Positions 1-8,851 of a DNA stretch of 52,915 nt are shown piece after piece. The stretch is from Acidobacteriota bacterium (lineage in GTDB: Bacteria; Acidobacteriota; Terriglobia; Terriglobales; Acidobacteriaceae): NCBI GenBank assembly GCA_019510535.1, contig JAEKKE010000156.1, positions 1-52,915 of the forward strand. The letters run 5' to 3'. Position 1 is the first letter of the stretch, and every line of letters starts with the position of its first letter. The notes under the pieces are model-generated. The model was not told the DNA's origin and ran no database searches. It worked only from the letters and a program-made list of their open reading frames with translations. The translations under genes and the position numbers were made by a program.

Positions 1-549
1 TCGTCTTTCTCCATCGACTACGCTGCGTATTTCTCAGCTCGGAGCGGGAATGAACAGTTCCTCGCGCAACGATCCTCGGGCGGACGCGTCTCTGTCTATC
101 TTCCGAAGCAGCGATTGGAGCTTGGCACGTCGTACGGTCGGCTGCTTCAGGGGCAACAGGCAAACTTTCAGGGAGTTCATCTCTGGTGGGAGCCCGCAAA
201 CACCGGACTCCGGTTCCGGTCAGAGTATGCGCATGGGGCACACTCCTCCGGATACTGGTTCGAAGCTGAAATGCGGCCAATCTTCTGGGGCGGAGAGAAC
301 AGTTGGGTTGGCCGCTTTCAGCCTGCCTTTCGTATGCAGCAGACCTTCCGCAATAAGCCCGACTCTTCGGATGGCCTGCCAGGTGTAAATACGCGGTTGG
401 CCGACTTCGGACTCGCTTACAACCTTCCGCACGAGGTGCGTTTGAAGGCAAGTTATTCAAGGCAATTCTCAGCCGCCGGCGACAAGAACTTGTGGACGGC
501 GAATATGACCTACCGGTTTTTGTTCCCGGTATGGAGGGGGAAGAAGTAA
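1..549 (+). CDS. Outer-membrane beta-barrel/porin-like protein, C-terminal part (5' end lies outside the window)
   Basis: Frame is open from base 1 to TAA at 547-549. Alternating aromatic/hydrophobic strands (LELGTSY, GVHLWWE, DFGLAYN, WTANMTYRF). Stop overlaps the next ATG (TAATG). Confidence 0.65.
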   Translation, partial: SSFSIDYAAYFSARSGNEQFLAQRSSGGRVSVYLPKQRLELGTSYGRLLQGQQANFQGVHLWWEPANTGLRFRSEYAHGAHSSGYWFEAEMRPIFWGGENSWVGRFQPAFRMQQTFRNKPDSSDGLPGVNTRLADFGLAYNLPHEVRLKASYSRQFSAAGDKNLWTANMTYRFLFPVWRGKK

Positions 550-824
550 TGCACACACGAAGAAATCAGATCCTCGCCTTCCTGTTTGCCATAGCTTTGC
601 CTTGCTTTGCGCAGCAACAGCCGCCAGCCACCCCCGCCAAGCCAAAACCGAAGCGTACGCCCAGCGCAGGGGAGCTTGTCTTTCAGCAGAACTGTTCGCG
701 CTGTCACAATGCGCCACAGGGATTTTCACCGCGGATCTCTGGAACGATCGTGAGGCACATGCGGGTGAGGGCGTCTCTCAGCAAGAAGGATGAAGAGGCT
801 TTGCTGCGCTTTTTCAATCCGTAA
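549..824 (+). CDS. Small secreted monoheme cytochrome c
   Basis: Signal peptide (MHTRRNQILAFLFAIALPCFAQ), one CxxCH (CSRCH), candidate distal Met (HMRVRA); translationally coupled to the upstream gene. Confidence 0.85.
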   Translation: MHTRRNQILAFLFAIALPCFAQQQPPATPAKPKPKRTPSAGELVFQQNCSRCHNAPQGFSPRISGTIVRHMRVRASLSKKDEEALLRFFNP

Positions 825-826
825 GA

Positions 827-852
827 CGAATGTCTGGGCGCCCAGACATTCG
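827..852. repeat. Perfect 26-bp palindrome just after the cytochrome c stop
   Basis: cgaatgtctgggc|gcccagacattcg; no U-tract follows. Confidence 0.8.
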
Positions 853-868
853 CCGACGAAGCCGAAGA

Positions 869-939
869 AAAGCAGGTCCTTCACTTCACTACCCCACCAG
901 CAAAGCTGGCTGGGGACCCCGTTACGTTCAGGATGACAA
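869..939. repeat. REP-like composite intergenic element
   Basis: aagcaggtccttc...caggatgacaa ends enclosing the hairpin ccccaccagc-aaa-gctggctgggg; resembles short intergenic repeats recalled from Acidobacteria (not verified here). Confidence 0.45.
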
Positions 940-978
940 TATTTTTGCTAAGAGCGTCAGATTCATCACACTAGGAGA

Positions 979-1680
979 TCAGTAGATCTCATGATCTGAC
1001 GGGCCGTAAGGCTGACCGAACTTGTTCAAATGCTGTGTGGGCTGAGGGTGTTCAATCGTAATATCGCCGAGGTTGATGTTCTCCGCGGCGATGTGGACAC
1101 GCCTGGTGTAACGGTCGAGTGTCGGCTGGCGTTCGCCTTCTACCCACACACGCATCTCATACTCACCTTCAGGTAGTCCTGTCAGACGAAACTGCCCACC
1201 GGCATCGGCGATGCCATAGTATGGCGTGCTGAGTGAGATGACGACGGCGGACATCTCCGGGTGGATATTGCAGAAGATGTACGAGATACCTTCGCGTGAG
1301 AAGTTAACCGAGCGGCTCGAGTTTGCCTCGTAAAGGCCCAGGTCAAATCGCTTGCCATCGAAGAGCGAGAAGACATTGTGAAAGAACGGATCAGCGTTGG
1401 GGAAGGTCACGCTGCCGCCAACGGGAACCACTACAAGATGAGGCGTGAATGTCTTGTTCTTCTGTAGCATGACCGGGTTGGGGCCGGCGGGGAACGGCGG
1501 TGGTGCGAAGCTCAGGGGTTTGAGCCAAAGCACGGCTGGAGGAAGCTTTACTGGCCGTTTCGCTGACGCTGCGTCCGTAAGGCGTAATCGTGCGGTTGCC
1601 TCCGAGGCATGAGCGGAGGGTAACGCGTATGCGACAAGGCAGACGGCTGCGATGCTGCGAAGAAAGGCGCCGGTAGTCAT
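979..1680 (-). CDS. Secreted cupredoxin-domain protein with a C-terminal carboxypeptidase-regulatory-like beta-sandwich
   Basis: Signal peptide; FTPHLVVVPVGGSVTFPNADPFFHNVFS and YIFCNIHPEM give a His...Cys-x2-His-x2-Met type-1 Cu ligand set; C-terminal GQFRLTGLPEGEY. Confidence 0.8.
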   Translation of the reverse strand: MTTGAFLRSIAAVCLVAYALPSAHASEATARLRLTDAASAKRPVKLPPAVLWLKPLSFAPPPFPAGPNPVMLQKNKTFTPHLVVVPVGGSVTFPNADPFFHNVFSLFDGKRFDLGLYEANSSRSVNFSREGISYIFCNIHPEMSAVVISLSTPYYGIADAGGQFRLTGLPEGEYEMRVWVEGERQPTLDRYTRRVHIAAENINLGDITIEHPQPTQHLNKFGQPYGPSDHEIY

Positions 1681-3053
1681 CAGAATCGATAAGCCCCTGA
1701 AAGTCCGATTGCGTCGCTTGCATAGCGGTCGCGGCTTGGGAAAGTTGATTGCAGCCGTTTGTATTCGAGTGAGAACTGCAGGTAGGCGTTTGGGCTGTAA
1801 ATCGTATTCAGCATGAGTGTGCTGTTACGGGTTAGCCCCGAATATATGGGAGCCGTAGAACTGTCGATCGGTTGCAATACGGTATTTCTCTCGTAATCGC
1901 GATAAATAAAGTCGGCGTAGCCTCCGCCGCCAAGTCCGCCCAAGGCCTGCCCACGATAGGCATTCGAGGTAAGCAGAAGGTATTTCCCAAGGGGTAGATG
2001 CAGATCGGCTGTGGCAGCCCAGGCGTCGAATCGGCTTCCATCGGGCGCACGATGCGGGCTGAAGTAGCCGCCAAGTCCGAACCGCGTTTCGTTGTCGGCC
2101 GGGCCAAAGCTACTGCCGGCGCGGAACTGAACACCGGGCCATCTGCTTCGCTCTGCCAGCGTAGAAGCCGACCCGCTGGTAGCCGAAGGCAGCAGTGGAT
2201 CACCAACGTCGATAAAAGCGGTCTGCAGCGTGAGCTTCGAGGTCGTCGATAAAGGGATCGACTGGCTAACGCCAACCTGCGGATTCCATGTCCACAGGTT
2301 TCCAGACCATGAGAGCGGGGGAACGGCTACTGAGGCCAAAGAAGTTGGCGCATCAGGAACGAGTATCGTACGGTCGTACGAGAAGAAGGCCTGGGTATTC
2401 TCCCAGTCCAGGGAAGCCCGGGCGGTACGCAGACGGATAAGACCTCCCGCGGAGTATTCCGAATTCGTGGTGGAGCCGAAGAAATCCGTCCGAATCTGTG
2501 CTCGGCTGGTCGCACCTAGGAGATGTGGTCCACGCGCGTCAATCCCAAGTACGGTCTGACGCATTGTGAAGCCAGTGGTTCCGCCACCCCGCAGGGCGTA
2601 GGTCGGGGTTGCCGGAACGTCGACACGACGTGTATTCACAAAGGCGTTGAAGAGCACCAGGCCGGTGACTGAGACCGGATACTTCGATTCGGACTCAACC
2701 TTCAACGAATCGTGGGTGGCGACGGCAGATTCCAGTGCGTCAACGCGCTCTTCGAGCGTCGGCGTTGCCGCAGGAGGCGATGGCTGTGTCCCTGTTACGG
2801 ATGCAGGAGCTCCTGACGCGGCAAGCTGTTGCTTCAGTTCCGCAAGCTGCCGTTGCATCTCTTGAAGTTGCTTCTGGTATTCCTCCACCTGTGACTGTAC
2901 CTGCGTGATTGTTGTCGAAAGCCGAGTGATCTTTTGTTCCGGCGTCTCCTGTATCTGTGAGGCGTTACCAGGCGCAGATTGTGCCTGACTCATGGAGGGC
3001 AGCAGCGCGAGGACTAGGATCATGCTCTGGAGTTTGAGTGTGTCGCGCATCAT
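1680..3053 (-). CDS. Outer-membrane porin with N-terminal coiled coil (DcaP-like architecture)
   Basis: Start MMRDTLK overlaps the kinase stop (TAATG); signal peptide, Gln/Glu-rich heptad coiled coil, amphipathic beta strands, C-terminal GAYRF. Confidence 0.7.
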   Translation of the reverse strand: MMRDTLKLQSMILVLALLPSMSQAQSAPGNASQIQETPEQKITRLSTTITQVQSQVEEYQKQLQEMQRQLAELKQQLAASGAPASVTGTQPSPPAATPTLEERVDALESAVATHDSLKVESESKYPVSVTGLVLFNAFVNTRRVDVPATPTYALRGGGTTGFTMRQTVLGIDARGPHLLGATSRAQIRTDFFGSTTNSEYSAGGLIRLRTARASLDWENTQAFFSYDRTILVPDAPTSLASVAVPPLSWSGNLWTWNPQVGVSQSIPLSTTSKLTLQTAFIDVGDPLLPSATSGSASTLAERSRWPGVQFRAGSSFGPADNETRFGLGGYFSPHRAPDGSRFDAWAATADLHLPLGKYLLLTSNAYRGQALGGLGGGGYADFIYRDYERNTVLQPIDSSTAPIYSGLTRNSTLMLNTIYSPNAYLQFSLEYKRLQSTFPSRDRYASDAIGLSGAYRF

Positions 3054-4840
3054 TAGGTCAATACCCCATCTCGTAGATGTGAGGTTCCGTCGGCAGAGTG
3101 CAGGGTGCGAGAGATGGTAAAGAGGAACGTCGTTGAACCGGCACGCCCATCCACAAGTTGCACCTCGCCCTCGTGTTCTCGCGCGACGGTCCATGCCAGG
3201 GTAAGTCCCAGGCCGGTACCTTTGTGACGCCCCTCGCTCACGAATGGTGCAAAGAGATTATCGCGGATGCTTGCCGGAACGCCGGGGCCGGAGTCGACAA
3301 TGCTGGCGGTGACGGTTTGCGGAGTCGCTGTCAGCGTCAGCGAGACACTGCGCGTCGCAGGGCTCTGCCTTGCTGACTGGCAGGCATTGAGCAACAGGTT
3401 ATAGAGAGCGCGCTCGACCTGGCGGCCATCCACGGCCGCGGTAGTATCAGCCGCGTTGTTGACGAAGGTGACAGTGACTCCGTCAGAGTCAGGATGCGAT
3501 TTAACGAGAGTGATCGCGCGTTCTGCAATGACCTCCACTGATGCGGTCGTTCGCAGCAGGGCATTCCCGGTGCGGCCGAAGACGAGCAGCGAGTCCAGCA
3601 TCTCCGTGGTGCCCTGGACAGCGAGCCGGATTTCTTCATACAGCTCGTTTCTCTCTGCCTCCGATAGATTCGGGGATGCCAGAAACTCCGCGTTGGCGTA
3701 GACGGCGGCAAGGTAATGTCTCAGGTCATGGGAGATGGATGCAGCCATGCGGCCGATCGTGGCTAGTCTTTCAGCCTCCAATAGCTTGGAGTTGGTTGTC
3801 TGTATCTGCTCGCGCATCTGCGCGAAGGTCTTGCTTAGAAAACGGACCTCCTGCGTCCCGTTGGACGGCAGAGCATAGGTGTCATTTCCGGTGCCGAAGG
3901 CACGGACGCCCGAGGTGAGCCGCTCAATCGGACTGGTAACCATGCGCGACAGCAGGAGCATTAAGATGGTTCCCCCCGCGAGGGCAATGGCGCCCGCCAG
4001 TGCCACGAGACGGTTGATCTGTTTTTGGGCGGCGTCCGTCTGCGCAAACGACTTCAGCATCACGAGCCGTATCGGCGCGTTCTCGCTGGAATCAAAGTCT
4101 TTCGTGATCGCCAGATAGCGTTCACCGTTCAGAATCGCCGGAACCGGAGCAGATGCTCCAATAATGGTTTGCAGCGCGCCGGAGATTCTAGTAACTCGCG
4201 CATCCAGCAGGCTGCTGGCGATGAGCTGAGAGCCATGGAAGACAGCCGCGTCGGAGCCGGCGCTGCTGGCTACATCCTGCAGAAGCTCGTGGTCGATCGC
4301 ATAACCGCTGATGACGTAGCCAAGAAGGGTCCCCGTTGCCTGGTCGCCAAAGTAGATTGGTGTGGTGGCGTATTCGTAAAGATCGGAACCTGCAAGCAGG
4401 AGGTGTTGCGAGGGGTCCGAAAATTTCTGCTGCAGGGCAGGTAGAAGCTGCGCTGAGGGATGCCGGGTATTGAGGGCCAGGATGCTGCCATCCCGATCCG
4501 CAAGTGCGAACAAGTCATTGCCGCTGACCTTCCAGAACGGGACCGAGCCATCGGCCACTGTCTGCTGATGCCGGGTTGTCATCAGCGCCTTCAGGCTGGG
4601 AAGATCGGCGATCAACGCATTCGCTCTGCGCAGATTTACCAGTTTTTGCGTTTGTAGCTTCTGGAAGAGGTCGACCGAGCGATAGAGGTCAGCCGAAAAC
4701 GCTGCCTGGGCGTGCTGTTGAAGACGGCCGCGGATAATGAGGAGACTTGCGGAGGTCGATCCAGCAATGACGAGAACCAGCGAGGCAAGCAGAAGGACGC
4801 GTGTACGAATGCCTGGCGTGTCTTTCGTTAACATTTTCAA
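3053..4840 (-). CDS. Membrane sensor histidine kinase (periplasmic sensor, HAMP, HisKA, HATPase)
   Basis: Two TM segments, H-box SISHDLRH, N-box NLLLNA, G-boxes DSGPG and GTGLGL. Confidence 0.95.
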   Translation of the reverse strand: MKMLTKDTPGIRTRVLLLASLVLVIAGSTSASLLIIRGRLQQHAQAAFSADLYRSVDLFQKLQTQKLVNLRRANALIADLPSLKALMTTRHQQTVADGSVPFWKVSGNDLFALADRDGSILALNTRHPSAQLLPALQQKFSDPSQHLLLAGSDLYEYATTPIYFGDQATGTLLGYVISGYAIDHELLQDVASSAGSDAAVFHGSQLIASSLLDARVTRISGALQTIIGASAPVPAILNGERYLAITKDFDSSENAPIRLVMLKSFAQTDAAQKQINRLVALAGAIALAGGTILMLLLSRMVTSPIERLTSGVRAFGTGNDTYALPSNGTQEVRFLSKTFAQMREQIQTTNSKLLEAERLATIGRMAASISHDLRHYLAAVYANAEFLASPNLSEAERNELYEEIRLAVQGTTEMLDSLLVFGRTGNALLRTTASVEVIAERAITLVKSHPDSDGVTVTFVNNAADTTAAVDGRQVERALYNLLLNACQSARQSPATRSVSLTLTATPQTVTASIVDSGPGVPASIRDNLFAPFVSEGRHKGTGLGLTLAWTVAREHEGEVQLVDGRAGSTTFLFTISRTLHSADGTSHLRDGVLT

Positions 4841-4848
4841 TCTCAGAC

Positions 4849-5580
4849 CTACGGTACGAATTTATACCCTGCGCCGTAGACCGTCTGAAAATGTTGGGGC
4901 TCCGCAAAATTGACTTCGAGCTTCTGGCGAAGTTTCAGAAGCTGATTGTCAACGGTCCGCGTCGTTGGATAGGAATTGTAACCCCAGACCTCGTTGAGCA
5001 GCTCTTCGCGGCTGAGGACACGTTCCGCGTGTTCAACAAAGTACTTCAGAAGCTTGAATTCGTGGGCCGTCAGGGTGACAGGCTGTCCCGCCCGGTGAGC
5101 CGTCATGCGAGCGAAGTCAATGGTGCAGTCCCCAAAGGTATAAGTGGTGACCGTGCTTGGCTTCTGCTGACGGCGAAGTGCAACCTGCAGCCGGGCTGTC
5201 AGCTCTCTTGGAGAGAAGGGCTTGGTGACGTAATCGTCTGCTCCTAGCTCAAGAAGAAGAACTTTGTCTGCGACTTCATTGATGGCGGAGACGACGATGA
5301 TCGGCGTCTCCGGCCGCTCTGCCTTCATCGTCTTGCAGAGGTCACGCCCGGTGATGTTGGGTAAGACGAGATCGAGAATTACGGCTGATGGCCGAATGCT
5401 GTGGAAGGCGTCGAGGCCACTCTTGCCGTCGCCACAGACCGTCACACTATATCCAAGCTCACGGAAGGTTCTGTGGAGGACCTTTTGCATCCGCGGATCG
5501 TCTTCAACGACGAGGATGTGGGTGCGAGTCGGCATCACAACGGGGGGCTGAGTCAATTCGTGAGTTCCCATCTGGAGCAT
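4849..5580 (-). CDS. OmpR/PhoB-family response regulator
   Basis: ILVVEDD, LDLVLP, GADDYVTKPF receiver motifs; winged-helix RTVDNQLLKLRQKL and TVYGAGYKF. Confidence 0.95.
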   Translation of the reverse strand: MLQMGTHELTQPPVVMPTRTHILVVEDDPRMQKVLHRTFRELGYSVTVCGDGKSGLDAFHSIRPSAVILDLVLPNITGRDLCKTMKAERPETPIIVVSAINEVADKVLLLELGADDYVTKPFSPRELTARLQVALRRQQKPSTVTTYTFGDCTIDFARMTAHRAGQPVTLTAHEFKLLKYFVEHAERVLSREELLNEVWGYNSYPTTRTVDNQLLKLRQKLEVNFAEPQHFQTVYGAGYKFVP

Positions 5581-5586
5581 GGGCTA

Positions 5587-5648
5587 ATTGTCACTCTGAA
5601 AAACCCCGCGTCCGCCAAAAAGGTAGCAAAGTGACAATCTTGTGACAA
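5587..5648 (-). promoter_or_regulatory. Putative OmpR-family operator and promoter of the RR-HK-porin-cupredoxin operon
   Basis: GTGACAA at 5631 and 5642 (11-bp period; TTGTCAC-N4-TTGTCAC on the minus strand), plus an inverted copy attgtcact at 5587-5595 over a candidate -10 (GACAAT). Confidence 0.55.
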
Positions 5649-5676
5649 GGGGGAGACGGGACTAAGTGATTTGGGC

Positions 5677-6693
5677 TCAATGCAGGCTATCCAGATACTG
5701 CTCCAGATGATGGATGGCGTTCCCGAACCCACTATAGGTCAGCCGGATAACCGGCGCATCCCGTAACAGCCGATCTACCGCAGCATGCTGAGGTTCGCGC
5801 ATGTTGGACCAGTGTTGTCGGATAAAGGAACGGGCATGACCGGACTGAAGGGGAAGAATCGCCGGGGGACCGTAGGAGACGCGGTCGAGAAACACAAGCA
5901 GGGCTACCGAGGCTCTCTGCTGCGTTTTGATGCCATTCAGCTTTGCTACCTGCAGCTCCATCGACGGCTTTCCTGCTGCCCGTGGAGTGATTTCGAAGTG
6001 ACGAAGCTCCGGAAAAAGCTCACGGGCTCCTGGACGGAACCGAAATTGATTGCAGTTGCCGACGATGGTAGAGGGCGATTGCCCTAACAGGAGATAGGAG
6101 GCGTCGTCGGAGGTGTAACGCCAGCCGGAGCGAGCGCAGGCATACGCAAAGGATGATTTTCCCGCCGCGGATTCGCCACACAGCAAAACTCCGTGGTCCT
6201 GCGCAGAAACGCAAGCTGCATGAATTGGAACGCAGTAGCGCGTCGAGATCATCGTGAGCGCCGCGGCTTCGAGGAAGAAATAACGTAGATAGGGGCGAGA
6301 CGTTAATGCCGCCGTCGAGATACAGATCTGCGAATTGCCTGTCGCCACATCCGACAACAGGATATTGGACGAGTCTGCAATGTGCATGCCGACATGTCCG
6401 AGAGAGCGAAAAACAGGCGCTGGAGGGCAGAGGGTGTCGCCGTTTTCTACAACCGTCACCGCAATATGAATCGGGTCATCGGTAAAGATGGCGGGAGACG
6501 AGCTCCAGCTTTCAGCAGCTGCTATCTCCACTTCAGGATGATTTGTGGCGAGATCGATGGCAAAGCCCAGGCAATTGAACCGGCGGCGGATATGCAACTC
6601 CGGGCCGTGCACCAGATGACCATCCTGAAGCGGTGCGGCTGTCTCAATTCCATGTTGGGCGATCGGTAAGCTCATTGCGGTTGTGTCGAACAT
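5677..6693 (-). CDS. HPr kinase-related P-loop kinase
   Basis: IHAACV..GVLLCGESAAGKSS (Walker A) and YTSDD, typical of HprK-like kinases. Confidence 0.75.
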   Translation of the reverse strand: MFDTTAMSLPIAQHGIETAAPLQDGHLVHGPELHIRRRFNCLGFAIDLATNHPEVEIAAAESWSSSPAIFTDDPIHIAVTVVENGDTLCPPAPVFRSLGHVGMHIADSSNILLSDVATGNSQICISTAALTSRPYLRYFFLEAAALTMISTRYCVPIHAACVSAQDHGVLLCGESAAGKSSFAYACARSGWRYTSDDASYLLLGQSPSTIVGNCNQFRFRPGARELFPELRHFEITPRAAGKPSMELQVAKLNGIKTQQRASVALLVFLDRVSYGPPAILPLQSGHARSFIRQHWSNMREPQHAAVDRLLRDAPVIRLTYSGFGNAIHHLEQYLDSLH

Positions 6694-6880
6694 CAGTATG
6701 AATGGGCGGATTCGCTGAATTGTTGGCCGAATGTCATCTTCTTGTCTGAGATGGTGAACACCATCAAAACTGAGATACTGGGGCGGTTCAAGTACCGGGG
6801 TCGCCAGAGTCTACCCGCTTCCTGTACATTTCTTTGTGGGTCGAACTTTATCGGCACTCCACTTATGTCTTACGGTCTGT

Positions 6881-8839
6881 ATGTCTGAAGCGATCGGGAT
6901 AGAAACGATTCTCAACAGCGATCTGTCGCTGCTTCAGGCAGTGAAGACGCACGCACGCGGTCCTGAGGGAGCGCTGCCGATTACGCCGGAAATGCTGGTG
7001 CGGCAGCCATCGGGCAATCTCTTCGGCCTGTCTCAGAATGCCGGCATGGGCTGGGAGCCCGGGCGGCTGAATGACCCTGAATATCTCATCCTGAGCACGC
7101 ACGGCGGTGTGCGCGCGGCTGACGGCACCCCCATTGCACTTGGCTTTCATACCGGTCACTGGGAGGTGGGCCTACTGGTGACAGAGGCCGCCCGTGAGCT
7201 TAGGAATCTCCACGCTACGCCCTTTGCCGGTGCATGTACCGATCCCTGCGATGGCAGGACCCAGGGAACCGACGGCATGATGGATTCGCTGCCGTACCGG
7301 AACGACGCGGCCGTGGTGTTGCGCCGCCTGATGCGCTCGCTGCCGACGCGCCGTGGTGTGCTTGGTGTGGCTACCTGCGACAAGGGGCTGCCGGCAATGA
7401 TGATGGCGCTGGCGTCTTCTGGAACCTATCCCAGTGTTCTGATTCCAGGTGGCGTCACCCTTCTGCCCGAAGATGGCGAGGACGCAGGCAAGGTACAGAC
7501 GATTGGGGCACGCTATTCCCAGCACCAGATCACGCTGGAGTACGCCGCGGAGATGGGTTGCCGGGCCTGTGCCTCACCTGGCGGCGGATGCCAGTTTCTC
7601 GGTACAGCCGCGACCTCGCAGGCGGTTGCCGAAGCGATGGGGCTCAGTCTGCCGCATACAGCGCTTGCGCCTTCGGGGCAGGATATCTGGCTTGATGCCG
7701 CGACACGCAGCGCACGGGCGATGCTGCGGATGACGTCGATTGGCATCGGAACACGCGATGTGCTGACTGACGCCGCCATCCGCAACGCGATGGTGGTTCA
7801 TGCTGCTATCGGCGGTTCCACCAATCTGCTGCTGCATATTCCCGCCGTTGCCTATTCCGCGGGGCTTAGCCGTCCGACTGTTGAGGATTGGACGCATACG
7901 AACCGCAGCGTTCCCCGGCTGGTTGATGCTTTGCCCAACGGTCCGAGAAACTTCGCGACAGTTCAGGTTTTTCTGGCGGGCGGTGTTCCAGAGGTGATGT
8001 TGCAGCTGCGGAACGCCGGGCTGCTCGATCTCAGCGCGATGACGGCCAGCGGTACCACTCTTGGCGAAAACCTGGAATGGTGGGAACAGAGCGACCGCAG
8101 GCGCATTCTGAAGCAGCGCCTGCTCGATCTGGATGGAGTCGATGCCGGCGACGTGATCATGTCTCCGGATCGGGCACGTTCTGCCGGGCTCACGTCGACT
8201 GTCTGTTTCCCCTCAGGCAATCTCACACCGGATGGAAGCGTGATTAAGAGCACTTCGATCGATCCGGCGTTGATCGATGCCGATGGAGTGTATCGCCATA
8301 CAGGTCCCGCGAGAGTCTTCCTGACAGAGGAAGCCGCAATAGCCGCCATCAAGCAGGGAAACATCGGCGAAGGCGATGTGATGGCATTGATCTGCAGCGG
8401 CCCCAAAGGAGCGGGCATGCAGGAGATCTATCAGATCACCTCAGCGCTGAAGAATCTGCCGTACTGCCGCCATGTCGCCGTGATCACCGATGCGCGATTC
8501 AGCGGTGTATCGACAGGTGCATGCATCGGCCATGTATCGCCGGAGGCGCTTGCGGGCGGACCCGTTGGCAAGTTGCGTGACGGCGACACGATCGAGATCG
8601 TGGTTGATCGCAAGCAACTTCACGGCTCCGTGAACCTGATCGGTGAAGGAGACGAACGCTTCACCCCGGAAGAGGGATCAAGGCGGCTTGCGGCGCGCTC
8701 TCCCCGGCCTGATCTTGCACAGCATCCAGGTCTTCCGGCAGACACACGCCTGTGGGCGGCCCTGGTGCAGGCCAGCGGTGGCGTGTGGGGTGGCTGTGTC
8801 TATGACGTTGATGCAATCCTGCAAAAGCTACAGGGATAA
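6881..8839 (+). CDS. YjhG/YagF-family D-xylonate dehydratase (IlvD/Edd family)
   Basis: [35 protein letters not shown] and IGHVSPEA motifs. Confidence 0.92.
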   Translation: MSEAIGIETILNSDLSLLQAVKTHARGPEGALPITPEMLVRQPSGNLFGLSQNAGMGWEPGRLNDPEYLILSTHGGVRAADGTPIALGFHTGHWEVGLLVTEAARELRNLHATPFAGACTDPCDGRTQGTDGMMDSLPYRNDAAVVLRRLMRSLPTRRGVLGVATCDKGLPAMMMALASSGTYPSVLIPGGVTLLPEDGEDAGKVQTIGARYSQHQITLEYAAEMGCRACASPGGGCQFLGTAATSQAVAEAMGLSLPHTALAPSGQDIWLDAATRSARAMLRMTSIGIGTRDVLTDAAIRNAMVVHAAIGGSTNLLLHIPAVAYSAGLSRPTVEDWTHTNRSVPRLVDALPNGPRNFATVQVFLAGGVPEVMLQLRNAGLLDLSAMTASGTTLGENLEWWEQSDRRRILKQRLLDLDGVDAGDVIMSPDRARSAGLTSTVCFPSGNLTPDGSVIKSTSIDPALIDADGVYRHTGPARVFLTEEAAIAAIKQGNIGEGDVMALICSGPKGAGMQEIYQITSALKNLPYCRHVAVITDARFSGVSTGACIGHVSPEALAGGPVGKLRDGDTIEIVVDRKQLHGSVNLIGEGDERFTPEEGSRRLAARSPRPDLAQHPGLPADTRLWAALVQASGGVWGGCVYDVDAILQKLQG

Positions 8840-8851
8840 CAGGAGAGGGAA

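Noticed and set aside
3054-3194. Upstream extension of the porin ORF to 3194
   Set aside because: Overlaps the kinase; the signal peptide and TAATG coupling support a start at 3053
6694-6880. RiPP precursor peptide next to the HprK-like kinase
   Set aside because: No convincing short ORF with a leader motif, and no cyclase or RRE genes nearby
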